Notes: generated from the letters alone by a model not told the origin. Numbered from the stretch's first letter, positions 12,283 to 25,496 are shown. The stretch is 42,472 nucleotides of DNA from Octopus bimaculoides (GCF_001194135.2 NC_068990.1:80419975-80462446), one strand, 5' to 3'. A program made the numbers and translations.

Positions 12283-12696
12283 AACTACTACTACTACTAC
12301 AACTACTACTACTACTACTACAACTACTACTACTACTACAACTACTACTACTACTACCACCACCACCACCACGTCTACTACTACTACTNNNNNNNNNNNN
12401 NNNNNNNNNNNNNNNNNNNNNNNNNNNNNNNNNNNNNNNNNNNNNNNNNNNNNNNNNNNNNNNNNNNNNNNNNNNNNNNNNNNNNNNNNNNNNNNNNNNN
12501 NNNNNNNNNNNNNNNNNNNNNNNNNNNNNNNNNNNNNNNNNNNNNNNNNNNNNNNNNNNNNNNNNNNNNNNNNNNNNNNNNNNNNNNNNNNNNNNNNNNN
12601 NNNNNNNNNNNNNNNNNNNNNNNNNNNNNNNNNNNNNNNNNNNNNNNNNNNNNNNNNNNNNNNNNNNNNNNNNNNACCACCACCACCACCACCACC
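12131..12696. repeat. (CTA)n/(CAA)/(CCA)n compound microsatellite spanning an N gap
   Basis: Direct reading; N run at 12389-12675. Confidence 0.95.
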
Positions 12697-13021
12697 GGAC
12701 CATGACCAGCGTCGCTACCACTACGCGCTGCTGCCAACACTAACACTATTGCCACCACCATCGTTGTCGATAAAGTCGTTATTATCTACATGTGATATAT
12801 ATTTATATATTTTTTTCGTATTTCCCCAACGTATCTCATTGCAACAGAAATGTTATTCCCTTGTCACTAATAGAACTCCAGTCATACTAAAATTGATATT
12901 CCCTACTAACAACACTGGTGTTAGTATATGTAGCTGTATGCATGCGTGTATGTGTTTTATTATGAATACATGTGCTTGTGTATACAAAAGCAAGAAGTAG
13001 GGAAGGAATAAAATAAGAAAG

Positions 13022-13055
<34 letters not shown>

Positions 13056-13394
13056 AGAGAAGGAGAGGAAAGAGAGAAAGAGAGTGTGTGTAAAAAAGAG
13101 CGAGTGAGAAAATAATTTAGAAAGACAGAGAAAAAGAGAGAAATATGTGTGGGTGTACATGTGTGTGTGCATATGTGTATGTATATATATACATATATAT
13201 ATATATATGCTTATAGATATATACATGAATATGCATGTATGTATGTATGCATGTATGTATATATATGTATATATATANNNNNNNNNNNNNNNNNNNNNNN
13301 NNNNNNNNNNNNNNNNNNNNNNNNNNNNNNNNNNNNNNNNNNNNNNNNNNNNNNNNNNNNNNNNNNNNNNNNNNNNNNNNNNNNNNNNNNNNNN

Positions 13395-13455
<61 letters not shown>

Positions 13456-13809
13456 TAGAGGAGAAGAGACAGAGGAAGTGAGAGAGGTGCATTATTGTGT
13501 GGGAAGAAAGCGTCAAGGAGCAGAAACAATTGCCAATTCATTAAGCATAATTGTAATCAGTTATGGAATAATTTTGAATAAGAATGAAACATCTCGAAAA
13601 GGATTAATATTTTCTGAATTTCGTTTTTCCTATATTCATTGCATGAAGTGGTCGACAATTTATCTTTTACAAAACGTAATAAGACACTCAATTACGCAGA
13701 TATATGTATAAACATGTGTGAGCTTACACACAGACGTTTTTGTAGACATACACAAAACCACGTTACTAATTGTGTATGTACACACGCACATACACACACA
13801 TGCATATGT

Positions 13810-13985
13810 AAGGTGCAGGTGTGGCTGTGAGGTACAGACTTTGCTTTCCAGCCTCATGGATCCTGGTTCAGTTCTACTGCGTAGCATCTTGGTGAAGTGT
13901 CTTGTATCATAGCATCAGGCTGACCAAAAGCATCGTGAGTGGATTTAATAGACAGAAGCTGAAAGAAAACTGAAAGAAGCAAGAC
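13810..13985 (+). mobile_element. tRNA-derived SINE family B, 5' part
   Basis: GGTGCAGGTGTGGCTGTG head, GGTTCAGTTCTACTGC B-box region, then CTTGGTGAAGTGTCTT...GTGAGTGGATTT...GAAACTGAAAGAAGC, matching the copy at 26767-27166. Confidence 0.8.
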
Positions 13986-14031
13986 ATGCGAGGGATTATT
14001 TGTGTGTGTGTGTATAATACATGTATGAGTG

Positions 14032-14078
<47 letters not shown>

Positions 14079-15150
14079 CTGTGTGTATGTGTGTGTGCAA
14101 ATATGAGTGCATTAGCGACTACTGTATACCCATCATCGATAAAGACTCCCTTTATTCATCTAGTACCCGCAATTGCCTGCTCTGCTTTTCCAAAAAACTA
14201 CACATTCTCCGCCAACCTGTATTGTCTCTAAACAGGAAATAAGTGTTATTACTGCAAAAGTGCTAGCCCCCACCCTCCCCCGGTGAACCTCAGACCACTG
14301 GCTGTCGACAACCCAGATATACAACTTTAACATTGGCTGTTCCTCAACACGGGTTGCCTTACAACCAAGAACGGGGTTCATCAACCGTAGGCCGATCCCG
14401 CAATATTATGCATCTCCAGTAACACATTGCATTCACCTCCATAAAAGTGGTGTGCTCATGCAGATACACACACACATGCACGCATCAATTAAAAAAAAAA
14501 ACTATACACACATATGCACTCACGCACGCATACATTTATATTCGTACGCTTTTCTTCTCTTCTCTCTCCAACCTTAACACCAAGACTCAGTCCAGCTTAT
14601 TCTGCCCTCACTCCACCAATAATGAATGCAGTTGCAGCTTCACTAGCATGCATACTTACGCGCACAGACCCATACATGCATACTAGACGTTCGTGCACGC
14701 GTATACAACGGGCACTAACACACTCGTATTCGCACGCATACAACCAATAACGCACCCACATCTACACACGCATATATCTGGTATACACAAAGACACACAT
14801 TCATGCCGGCTTTGTTTCTATCAACGTCCATGATCCTACAAAGATCCGCCTGACAAATAAGGTGCCGGTACCTTCCTGTCCATATACACAGCCCAAGAAA
14901 CTCTCTTTCTAATGCATCGGTGTGTCGCCGGAAATGCCGATCTCACTTCTAAAATCAGCATGCGATCTGCCTTCGCTAACAGCAGCCCACTTTCCAGTAG
15001 CAATGTTGGACTTCCTGTAATTTTCCTTTCGGTAACCTGAATCTCAACAAGCCTGGTTTCTGTAAGAAGCCTGCGAAAGTTTTATTCGCATAGAGCCCAA
15101 TCAAATTGTTTTAAATGATAAACTTGTCTATTGTGGAACACGACTGACAT

Positions 15151-15161
15151 TACTACTACTA

Positions 15162-15236
<75 letters not shown>
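15151..15236. repeat. (CTA)n microsatellite
   Basis: Direct reading; another at 20694-20770. Confidence 0.97.
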
Positions 15237-15237
<1 letters not shown>

Positions 15238-15344
15238 AGCCTGATGACATGTTGTATCGCATTTTAAAATGAGATATCAGTGATATTTTCATTTCTGCGT
15301 AATTTAGACGAGATTATTCACCGCATCTTGTGTGCGTGTGTGTG

Positions 15345-15387
<43 letters not shown>

Positions 15388-15885
15388 TTTGTTATGTGTG
15401 TATGTGTGTATTTCATTTGTGTAAAAGAAATGACTGTGTCTTCGGTATCCAAAGTAAACATAATAATAGTCAAACAAATAAACAAGTTATTTCATTCAAG
15501 GCTACGATATAATTACTCATATTTATGGTAAGGTAATTTGCTCCTTCTTAATTTTTTTAAAATTACATGATGCTGACCTTTTGTAAGACGTTAACATTCT
15601 GTATAATAACCATATATTACGTCTCTCTCATCTGTTTTTCCATTCTGCGTCTTCAGTAAAACATTTGGAGTCTATAGTAGGATATATGTTGGGTTAATTA
15701 CACTAAATTATTTATCATTGTATTTCGCTTCAAGGATGGATTATTGTTGAAATACTTCGTGCCATTCCTGATGTTAGATAAACATATTTCAGAACTTCAT
15801 AGCAAACTTATATTTACTGAAACGTTTTATTTCATACTGTACTAGTTTAAAATAGGTACGTTTATATTATTTTCAGTAGAGAATT

Positions 15886-15916
15886 CTCTCTCTGTCTCTG
15901 TCTCCCTGTCTGATTC

Positions 15917-16005
<89 letters not shown>
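15886..16005. repeat. (CT)n microsatellite
   Basis: Direct reading. Confidence 0.97.
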
Positions 16006-16008
<3 letters not shown>

Positions 16009-16208
16009 CGGTCTTGAATTCATGCTTTAAGGTTATTAATTTCCTGTTTTGCGTGTACAATCTCCGTAAATATTACCTAGATATTTTCATAACATGTAAT
16101 ATGCGTGTGGCAATATTATTGTACACCTTATACCTAATGTTAGTGTGTAAAAGTACGATTCAGTGGCGCAGGTTATAGATATATTCCTCTACTTTTGTTA
16201 CCTTGCAG

Positions 16209-16286
16209 GGTGGCATACATAGGGATATTCTATTAACGCATGCATTGAAAGTATCTCAGTGTGTTATTTTTGGAGTAATGGCAACT
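16209..16286 (+). other. Candidate 78-nt phase 0-0 exon, product unknown
   Basis: cttttgttaccttgcag|GGT...ACT|gtaagc. The only open frame reads GGIHRDILLTHALKVSQCVIFGVMAT. Confidence 0.25.
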
Positions 16287-16582
16287 GTAAGCACAGAAGC
16301 AATGAGAGTCCAATACGTATTTTCCATGCTTCAGAATTTATTACAGCGGTACTATCGCTAAGTTTACATTGGAATGTTTGCTTTTGTAATTATTCTATAC
16401 ATACGTATTCGAACATGTAAAATCACAAATGCAAAAATTCGTAAAAAGACACAAAGGTAACCGCGTTTTAATTTTTAAAGAAGAAAGCGGCAGTCATAGC
16501 AGAAGTATAGAGAGATGATATTTATTTTAGTGTTGGGATAATTCTATATCTCCACTCTGTGTAGTTCTAGAAAGCCGCATGT

Positions 16583-16596
16583 CTATCTATCTATCC

Positions 16597-16674
<78 letters not shown>
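16583..16674. repeat. (ATCT)n microsatellite
   Basis: Direct reading. Confidence 0.97.
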
Positions 16675-16676
16675 TA

Positions 16677-17310
16677 TTGTGTGTTATCCCTTATGGGAGG
16701 CCAATTAAATCTAATCTTCCTTTCCAATTTCGGGAAGCCATTATTAGGAATTTTCCAAAGAATTCCAGGTATTACTCGATTATCAACTCGCACACGGTTA
16801 GGATTGGTTTTTCCAATACAAAAAATGTCTCACGCATTTTTTCCTCACATAATATTAGTTTGTGAAATAAGAATCCAATTACTAATACTAACATTAATTT
16901 AGCTAATACTAACCATCCCCCTAGAAATATTAATAACAAATTTATTGTCTCTGAAGTCAATTCCAACAGAATTAAGTTTATGTATAGTAATTCTAAGATT
17001 AAAAACTCTATATACCAGAGTGAAATACTTCAGGTACCGATGTCGTTTTATATATAGGTAGTTTTTTTTCTCAGTTATCTAAAATAATTTCTAACCATTA
17101 CTCTACATTTAGGGATAGTAATAAACGCAACAGCACAGGGCTTAGTAAATTAATTTGATATCTAAAAGACCATAATAAACAATTTCATTTAGATTGGTTG
17201 ATTCCATTTCATTCCCATATGATAAAGGCAAACAATTCTGCCACTCTGTAATAGCGAACTATTTTCCATTCTATTTTCTAAGAATCCCCTTGTAAACACT
17301 GTTATAGAGC
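16677..17310 (+). mobile_element. Penelope-like element fragment: post-RT linker plus GIY-YIG endonuclease, decayed
   Basis: IPYGRPIKSNLPFQFREAIIRNFPKNSRYYSIINSHTVRIGFSNTKNVSRIFSSHN matches the PLE motif PPFS.NVKTNIG..FL.LI.KHFP....L.KIFNRNTVKVSYSC..N...II..HN. Then, across frameshifts: NSIYQ, YIG (17051-17059), NHYSTFRDSNKRNSTGLSKLI*YLKDHNKQFHLDW, PYDKGKQFCH, LCNSELFSILF. Confidence 0.85.
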
Positions 17311-17653
17311 GTGCTTATCGATGTAAAGATAGGCAGAAACATACCTTTAGATGATATAAGTGATATCTACCATTATATATAATTTGGACATTGATATTCT
17401 TCTTACATTTCACTTCCACTAGATATATCTTTTTGCAAGCCTTTAAGCTTTTATTTCAGTTCACAGATCGTTTAACGGTTTAAAAAAAAAACTTAATAGC
17501 GTTCCATTCATCATTATACACATCCATCACATTCTCTTAAAATGTCTTATTGACGAGTTTAGTTTCTTTCTTTCTTTCCCTGATGAGAAGATTACATTGT
17601 TTTACACCATACGTCGGAAGTAAAAGAATTTGAATAACACCTGCGTTTAACTT

Positions 17654-17698
<45 letters not shown>

Positions 17699-19089
17699 TA
17701 TGTATGTATGTATTAGTATGCATATATATCCACTTAAAAAATTCACTTGTCTATACATCTAGACATAGATATCAAGAACATATAGTACACGGCACAAAAT
17801 ATTTAAAGTAAGTTTATATGTCTGTAATTTTGTTGCAAATCTGTATGCCCCAGCTTATCCTTGATACAGAAGGCTAATGATCAAATATATCCAGCTCTGA
17901 ATAGACTACTTTTATTTTAAACCTAGTATACCAAAGACTACTGTGTATAATGTAATATAAGAGTATGATAGTAGTATAATTCCTCTCTCTAGCAAGTTGG
18001 TGCACGAAATTGATGTGTGTCTGTCTGCATTTACCAGTTGGTACGAGTGTATTTGTATGTGAATAAATGCAAGCTTTTGTGCTTGTGTGTGTATGGGAGA
18101 GAGTATATGTGTAGTTATCGATATCCAACTTTAGTTTCCAAGTAGACACACTTTATATAATGACAGAAAAATGCGTAAGACGTTTGTTTATATTTTTTCT
18201 GGATAGTCGATTAGAAACTGACAGTTCATCCTATCAATAAAACGTTGATGACATTTCAAATTACCACTTTCTTTCTTATTTTCAAAATACCATCTCAAAG
18301 ATTCAATGACGGAAATCAGAAAGTTGCATATGTTGGAGCCTTATAATAACACTACATCGTTTGGTATTGTTGACATTTCCTATTTGGAATTAGTGATGTT
18401 TGTGCCATCTTCAAATAGATCTAAATGCAATAAGATTATGCTATGTGTTAATATAGATGTCTTTCTAAAGTTTCTTGTGACTGCGTAAACTGAGGAACAG
18501 GTCGATTGACCGATATCTTCTGTTTCGATGACCCATATATAGATCATTCATGGATCGGATATTGAAACTTATTTTCTTTACGTTGCCGAATTTCCAAAAC
18601 TAAGTTTCAATCACATAATCTATTGTCAGATATATAATTTCAACATTTGTACGTCAGTTTGTGTTCTTCATTCTTACTTTTTCTTTTTTCTTATATTTCA
18701 CTATTTTGTATACGCGAATACTCTTAAATCTATGCATTGAAATCCCTATATCCACATGCATGCGCACGCAGACACTTATAGGCAATGAAGTCGGTGAATT
18801 ACGTCTATGGACTATCTTCAACAGCGATGTTTTCTTATGGCTGTTTAGTCGCGGAGTGAGGAATATATTAAACTGCATCCAATGATGGATCTCTATTTCT
18901 AGATTTCTCCTTTAGTGAGTTACCCGTTACTCACCCTACTCCCAGATATTTTCGGACATCGCATGATAGCTCCTATTCACTGCTCCTCTTATGGGCCCAT
19001 TAGCAGAAGATTATCCTGTAACTAATATATACAACTCGGTGGAGTTCTGGCCTAAGGTAGGTATTACACAAGTTTACCGGTGTGTAAGG

Positions 19090-19606
19090 GTATGTCATGC
19101 CAAGCTCATTGTGCAAAATATTCTGAACTTTCTCACGGGATATGCTAATAGTATCGACTATTTGATTTATAGTGAAGTGCCTGTTATCCAGTACTACGTG
19201 GTGAACACAATCAATGTTTTCGTCGGTAGTGGCAGTTGCTTCACGTCCGAACCTGGGTCATCTTCAAGATACCCACTTCCTCTTCTAAATTCAGCTGCCT
19301 ACTTTTGCACTGTTGATAAAACTGGAGCATCATCCTCTAATGTACCAACCATGTCAGCACGAATGCCTTTGGGAGAGAAACCCTTTTTCTGTAGATACTT
19401 TATAGCATTACGATGCAAAATGTTATCCATTTTCAAGAGAACTCGCTGCTATTTACTTTTGAAGTTTTTCTAGAACAGGCAAGTTTCAGCTACCTGGAAA
19501 GAAACAGTACAGTTATTAATAGGACAGGGTTTAAATTAAGGCACACCAGATTTCATAGCTGTAGCACCACTCCTTCATAGCGTATGACTTCTCAGTTCAC
19601 CCTTAT
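19090..19606 (-). mobile_element. Mariner transposon 5' fragment (left end plus N-terminal HTH of the transposase, pseudogenised)
   Basis: From ATG at 19430: MDNILHRNAIKYLQKKGFSPKGIRADMVGTLEDDAPVLSTVQK*AAEFRRGSGYLEDDP, a 1-nt frameshift, then FGREATATTDENIDCVHHVVLDNRHFTINQIVDTISISREKVQNILHNELGMT. TIR-like end TAAGGGTGAACTGAGAAG at ~19605. Confidence 0.9.
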
Positions 19607-20693
19607 GCATATGTGTGTGTGTGTATGCATACATACATATATATATATATATATGCATGCGATACCTGTGTGTATATCTGTATGTGTCTATGAAGCGACG
19701 TATTGCATTGGTATGCAAGAGTACTGCAGATGCTAATAAAAGTAATTGTATTTCATTCTCCGATAAAATATTCAGCACGGATGATACTAAACTTGTCTTT
19801 TAATGACAACAATTGAATATCCATTGATGCTCTATCATCTAATAGTATAGTTTCTTTCGTAATATAACTTTCATCTTGTGATATGTGTGGCTAAATCTTC
19901 TACTCTTAATTTTGTGATTTTAACTGTCATATTATGTCAAATAAAATAATATAATTAAATGAATACTGAAATAAACTGTTGGAATTTGATCTGGAGAATA
20001 TATGATCACTTGATTTAGGTGAAGAATCTTTCTAATAAAAAAAAAAAATCTTTCTATAATTCAGCTGGATATTATTTTATCAACATTTGGGGAGCAATGG
20101 AAAGACTAAACGGGCAGAATGCCACATTTATTTCTAAACCTCAAAGATAGAATTGTACAGAGATGAATTTTTCTTTGATGCAGCTAGGATTGATAATCTA
20201 ACAGGAAACAATTATAAACTCAAATCATTTCAATTGCTCGTACTCCCATATACATTTATGAAATAACAAGAAATTATTTTATCACACTGTGAAGGGAAAA
20301 ATATATCGACCTGGAACATAATTTATCTTCCTATGAAATTATGTAAGGGAACGTGTAGTGGCAAAAGAATTGGACCTCTGGTCGATGAATTAAATACCAT
20401 CTATATTAGTAGATTGACTGTAACAATTATCAATATATTTATGACCTTGTACTAAGCTAGAAAGACATTATATACGCACAGAAGGTTTGAATTTTCATAA
20501 CATAGCTACCTTCAATGTATACCCTCTCAGTTATATTTATAGAATTTTGAATATAGTTTTTCCTTTTATTTTTATTTAACCCCAGGTCGCGCTCGATAGA
20601 GGAGACATTTTAAACGGTATAAAAACGCAAAAACGCTCAAACTTCTAACAATATATCTTACAGATATATTGTCTTATATCTCCACCATTTCGG

Positions 20694-20773
<80 letters not shown>

Positions 20774-22376
20774 CATAGCTGGTTATCTTGTACACCCCTA
20801 ATCGAGTTCCCGACTCATTCGTATCTTTTCCTCTCGTCAGTCAAATTTTCTCCCCCTCACAAAGTCCCGAACATTCCAATAAGTTTAGTCTCCATTCTTC
20901 AAAACACCGTCCATATGGAAATATTACCTTCTCTGTCCATTTTTATTGTGCATCTATCAACTTGCAGCATTTGAAGAACATTAGCGTCTCAATCTCACTG
21001 CTTTCACACAGCCTACGGCGTTAATCGTCACAAAACCAATAAATAAAATTCAATAACGAAACAACGATAACTTTGTACACCCCCCCTCTCAGTAGCTTGG
21101 CTGTTTATTACAACCTACAGAGGTAGATATTTAGATATCAATCTCTCAGTGTTATAGTTTAGTTTTTTCGTATGATAAATAACTTTGAGTTTATTATTTT
21201 AGATGAGTCACGATAGGAATTAATGAGATATTACATAGATTCACAGAGATGTTAATCTTTCGTAGATCTTAGCTATTATATAGATTAAGATTTTAAGTAT
21301 AATTTATCTGAAATTTCTCATTACTGGAAATAAATAGAGAATTATTCCTATTAGCTTCTCGTTTAACTTTCCAAATTCAGCGTGGCACTAATGAGTATAT
21401 ATCACCTGACGGGATTAAGACTAAGTATACCATTGACCAGCTGAAATATTATCTAAACTCTAAATGTTCAAATAATATGAGATGTTTTAGAATCAGATTT
21501 GATGGTTTTCTCATATGAGTTATATAACTAATTTGAGATATCGTGAAAGAAAATTTAAACGAGGATAAGGTTTAATAATTCAGTTTTAAACTTCCCCAGA
21601 AAGTCGGTATTCCATTTAAATATTCCAAGATTGACGTTGTGTCTAGCCATTAACTTATTTTCTAATGAGTTAATATCTGAGCTATAGACGATCGAATTTC
21701 TTCACCTCGGTAACAGAGGAATGTTTTGCAGTAAAATAAGATATTCAATTAAACGTTTATCAAAATTAAGAAAGGCAACCCTTTCGGTCATATTTGAAAT
21801 CAAACACTTCGAATTATTAAATGTGAGAGATAACAGGGTTAAAGTATCCAAACACATCATGTGTTTGATCCGCCAGTATTTTTCTATGTTTATTCACTTG
21901 TGACGGTAGTGTGTGTCTTTTGAGGGACATACGCTTATTATTCCTAATTGGTGGATTTATCGCATGCACCAGTTTTTCTCGTTGAATATAGTTATATCAA
22001 GTTTCGCAGTAGAATACTTTTGATATGCTCCTGCATATATCGATTGCCATACTCATTAAAGAGAATTCCAAAGTTTGATGCACCAAGCTAGATTTTATCG
22101 AGAATTTCTACACCAAAGAAATGTTTATGCCAGTTACGAAATCCCAGCCATTTTGGTGGGTGACGGGATAAATCAATAACAAAGAATTGCGAACTTCAAT
22201 GATTGATTTAAAAAAAATATTATTTTAGCCAATCAGATCCATTCATTCCCTACAATGCTGTCGTGATGATATGGTAGACGTCATAGGTTTTGTTTTTGAT
22301 TTTTTCCTTCATTTGATACGCACGCAATGACACAAACACACACAGATACAAACACACCGCACATACATACATACAC

Positions 22377-22486
22377 GATGAAAGGCAAAGGCAGCCTCGG
22401 CGGAATTTGAACTTAGAACGTAGCGGCAGACGAAATACCGCTAAGCATTTCGTCCGGCGTGCTAACGATGCTACCAGATCGCCGCC

Positions 22487-22487
<1 letters not shown>
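22377..22487 (-). mobile_element. SINE family A head fragment
   Basis: Reverse complement gives GGCGGCGATCTGGTAGCATCGTTAGCACGCCGG...AAGTTCAAATTCCGCCGAGG; abuts (TAA)n at 22488-22552. Confidence 0.85.
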
Positions 22488-22551
<64 letters not shown>

Positions 22552-22552
22552 A

Positions 22553-23094
22553 GGTATAAACAGACGCCAGAAAAGGTCACAGAAAACGAGAAAGCAACCA
22601 TACTCTGGGATATGCCAATACACACAGATAGAGAAATTAAGTCAAATAGACCAGATATAGTTGTCAAAGATCATGAAGAAAAAAAATGCTTTCTAATTGA
22701 TGTATCAATACCAGCAGATGACAACGTTTCTCTAAAAGAAATGGANNNNNNNNNNNNNNNNNNNNNNNNNNNNNNNNNNNNNNNNNNNNNNNNNNNNNNN
22801 NNNNNNNNNNNNNNNNNNNNNNNNNNNNNNNNNNNNNNNNNNNNNNNNNNNNNNNNNNNNNNNNNNNNNNNNNNNNNNNNNNNNNNNNNNNNNNNNNNNN
22901 NNNNNNNNNNNNNNNNNNNNNNNNNNNNNNNNNNNNNNNNNNNNNNNNNNNNNNNNNNNNNNNNNNNNNNNNNNNNNNNNNNNNNNNNNNNNNNNNNNNN
23001 NNNNNNNAGCACCACAGCAAACCACAGCACATACCCAAGGCGCACAGAGCTGCGCTCGGTAGTGAAGTGAAAGCACGTTATAAAAATAAAACTA

Positions 23095-23100
<6 letters not shown>
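22553..23100 (+). mobile_element. 5'-truncated Dong/R4-clade LINE (restriction-like endonuclease plus 3' UTR) within (TAA)n
   Basis: YKQTPEKVTENEKATILWDMPIHTDREIKSNRPDIVVKDHEEKKCFLIDVSIPADDNVSLKEM is the ILWD/RPD..D..KE PD-(D/E)xK endonuclease of R4/Dong elements. N gap at 22746-23007, then a 3' UTR with AATAAA at 23085-23090 and an (AAT)n tail. Confidence 0.85.
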
Positions 23101-23159
<59 letters not shown>

Positions 23160-23214
23160 TGACGATGATGATGATGATGATGATGACGATGATGATGATG
23201 ATGATGATGATGAC

Positions 23215-23256
<42 letters not shown>

Positions 23257-23257
23257 A

Positions 23258-23473
23258 ATCTTTCCTACTTTAGGCACAAGGTCCGAAATTTTGGGCGAGG
23301 TGGCTAGTGCATTAGATCGACCATATTACGCACGTGATATTTTAATTTATTGACCCCGAAAGGATGAAAGGCAAAGTCGACCTCGGCATAATTTGAACTC
23401 AGAATGTAGCGACGGGTGAAATACCGCTAAGCACTTCCTCTGGCGTGCTAACGATTCTGCCAGCTCGCCGCCT
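23258..23473 (-). mobile_element. Full-length SINE family A
   Basis: Head GGCGGCGAGCTGGCAGAATCG, B box GAGTTCAAATT, central domain, and tail ...GTGCCTAAAGTAGGAAAGATT running into (ATC)n/(ATT)n. Confidence 0.88.
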
Positions 23474-23476
23474 TAA

Positions 23477-23558
<82 letters not shown>

Positions 23559-23645
23559 TATTATTATTATTATTATAATTATAATAATAATGATGATGAT
23601 GATAATGATGATGATGATGATGATGATGATAATAATAATAATAAT
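23474..23645. repeat. Compound (TAC)n(TAA)n(TTA)n(GAT)n microsatellite
   Basis: Direct reading. Confidence 0.95.
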
Positions 23646-25287
23646 TTAAATGTTAACAATGTCTTACATCTGTGTAAATAATTATCTTTAAAATCGCGTT
23701 CTGTGCATCGAACAAAAAGAAAATTAAGAAAAGACATAGATAATAAGACAAAGAAATGAGTGAAATTCGCAATATCAGTGATTGTTAATTACCCATTCAT
23801 AATGTAAAATTGTGATTTTTTTTTACCCAAACAATATGTACTTGAATAAATTACAGTCAATTTATTCGAAGCCAATACTTGGCTTCGAGAAACGTTTCAC
23901 TTTCCATAATCTTTACGGAGAATCAATCTATTCTAATTTCGAATGTTTACAGTATACTGTTCGGCTCATTAGACAGCCGAATTTCTTTTTTTATTTAAAT
24001 GTAATTACTCGAGCACAAGCCAGTTATGTGCGATACCTTCTTCGTTTAGTTAGTGAGGCTTTTCGTCAGTGTCCCTAAATAAATATCTCAGTGAGGTCCT
24101 ATTACAACCTTATTTCTAGCCTAATCTGATTTAATTGCCTCTATATTCAACTTACTATATTCATGTATTAAAATGTGTTGTATTTATTTAAGAATAAAGT
24201 ATTCGTTTAAACGTAAGTTACCCATCGATTACCTAAGTTCTGGCGAAATTATTCTTGAATGGTGGTTATCTTTTACAATCTCGTTTCTGTAGATATAATT
24301 CTGTTAATTGTTGCTGAGATTCGGTTATCCTAATAGAATAGAACTAAGATTAAATGCATTTCGATCGTTTATCATTCCTTCTTTGTCTATATCAAGAGCA
24401 AGATTGTTCGAAGCAAGCTTCTTTATTCAAAACTTTCATGTAAATTTAGCTGTTACTTCTCGTAGACTCTCACTCTCTCCCTTTCTCTCTATCCCTCCCT
24501 CATTCTGTCTTTCGTTAGTAATGATACTAGCATTATTTATATTCATCTCAGTTTGTTTAGATATCACATCATTAATATTTTCCGCTGATAGCACATATTC
24601 CATTGTAGGTAACTAAATGGTCTTTCTAATCTATTTATATAACGTATCTTATATATATAACTGGACACATTCATATAATGTTGACGAATGTCATATTCTG
24701 CATGGCTATTTATTTATTCTATTGACCAGTTTGTAAGCTTTGATACTGAACTGCAATTATAAAGTCTTCCGTTTTCCCCCCGGGTTGGCGTTTTTCAGTT
24801 GTTGACAGCTATGCTTGCTGACATAATCTGATGTCTTTCTATTTCTTGCAAATGTGATTGAGAGCTGGTTTCCTTTTCCTTTGAGGTTTTGCTTTCGTCT
24901 CGAAGTCAACGTTTGATGTACATTCTTAAATCTTTTACTGTTCCTCTTATAAATTTGTATCGACGTGTGTGAATATGGCGTCATTGTAGTATTTTTTCCC
25001 AGTATCTGTTCTGAACACATTTTATGTTTGAACTTCTTTGCATGTATACGTCTCACTACGTTTGGATATATATTTTGTTTTGCTTTAAATGTGACTTTGT
25101 TTTGAACTAGAAATACAAACATCAAAGTATTTCTACCTCTCACTTTATGCATTAATGCATTTTGGCTATTACTATACATGCCACCAGGTTTACTTCCTCC
25201 CATGAACGGAATGGCCATGTATTTGTTTTATTTCATATAATTCCTTGTTTTCTATTATATTATATATATTTTAAAAGGAATATTTCG

Positions 25288-25496
25288 TTTCTACTCTAGG
25301 CACACGACTCGAAATTTTTGGGGAGGGGGCAGTCAATTAGATCAACCCCAGTGCACAATTGGTACTTAATTTATCGACCCCGAAAGGATGAAAGGCAAAG
25401 TCGACCTCGGCGGAATTTGAACTTAGAAAGTAAAGACAGACGAAATACAGCTAAGTATTTCGCCCGGCGTGCTAACGTTTCTACCAGCTCGCCGCC
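25288..25496 (-). mobile_element. Full-length SINE family A
   Basis: Same consensus as 23258-23473, low divergence. Confidence 0.88.

Noticed and set aside
19290-19310. Idea that A-to-I editing could repair the mariner Trp-to-TAG stop
   Set aside because: The copy also has a frameshift and lacks the catalytic domain, so editing could not restore a protein.
18991-19473. 160-aa plus-strand ORF
   Set aside because: Antisense shadow of the mariner transposase relic.
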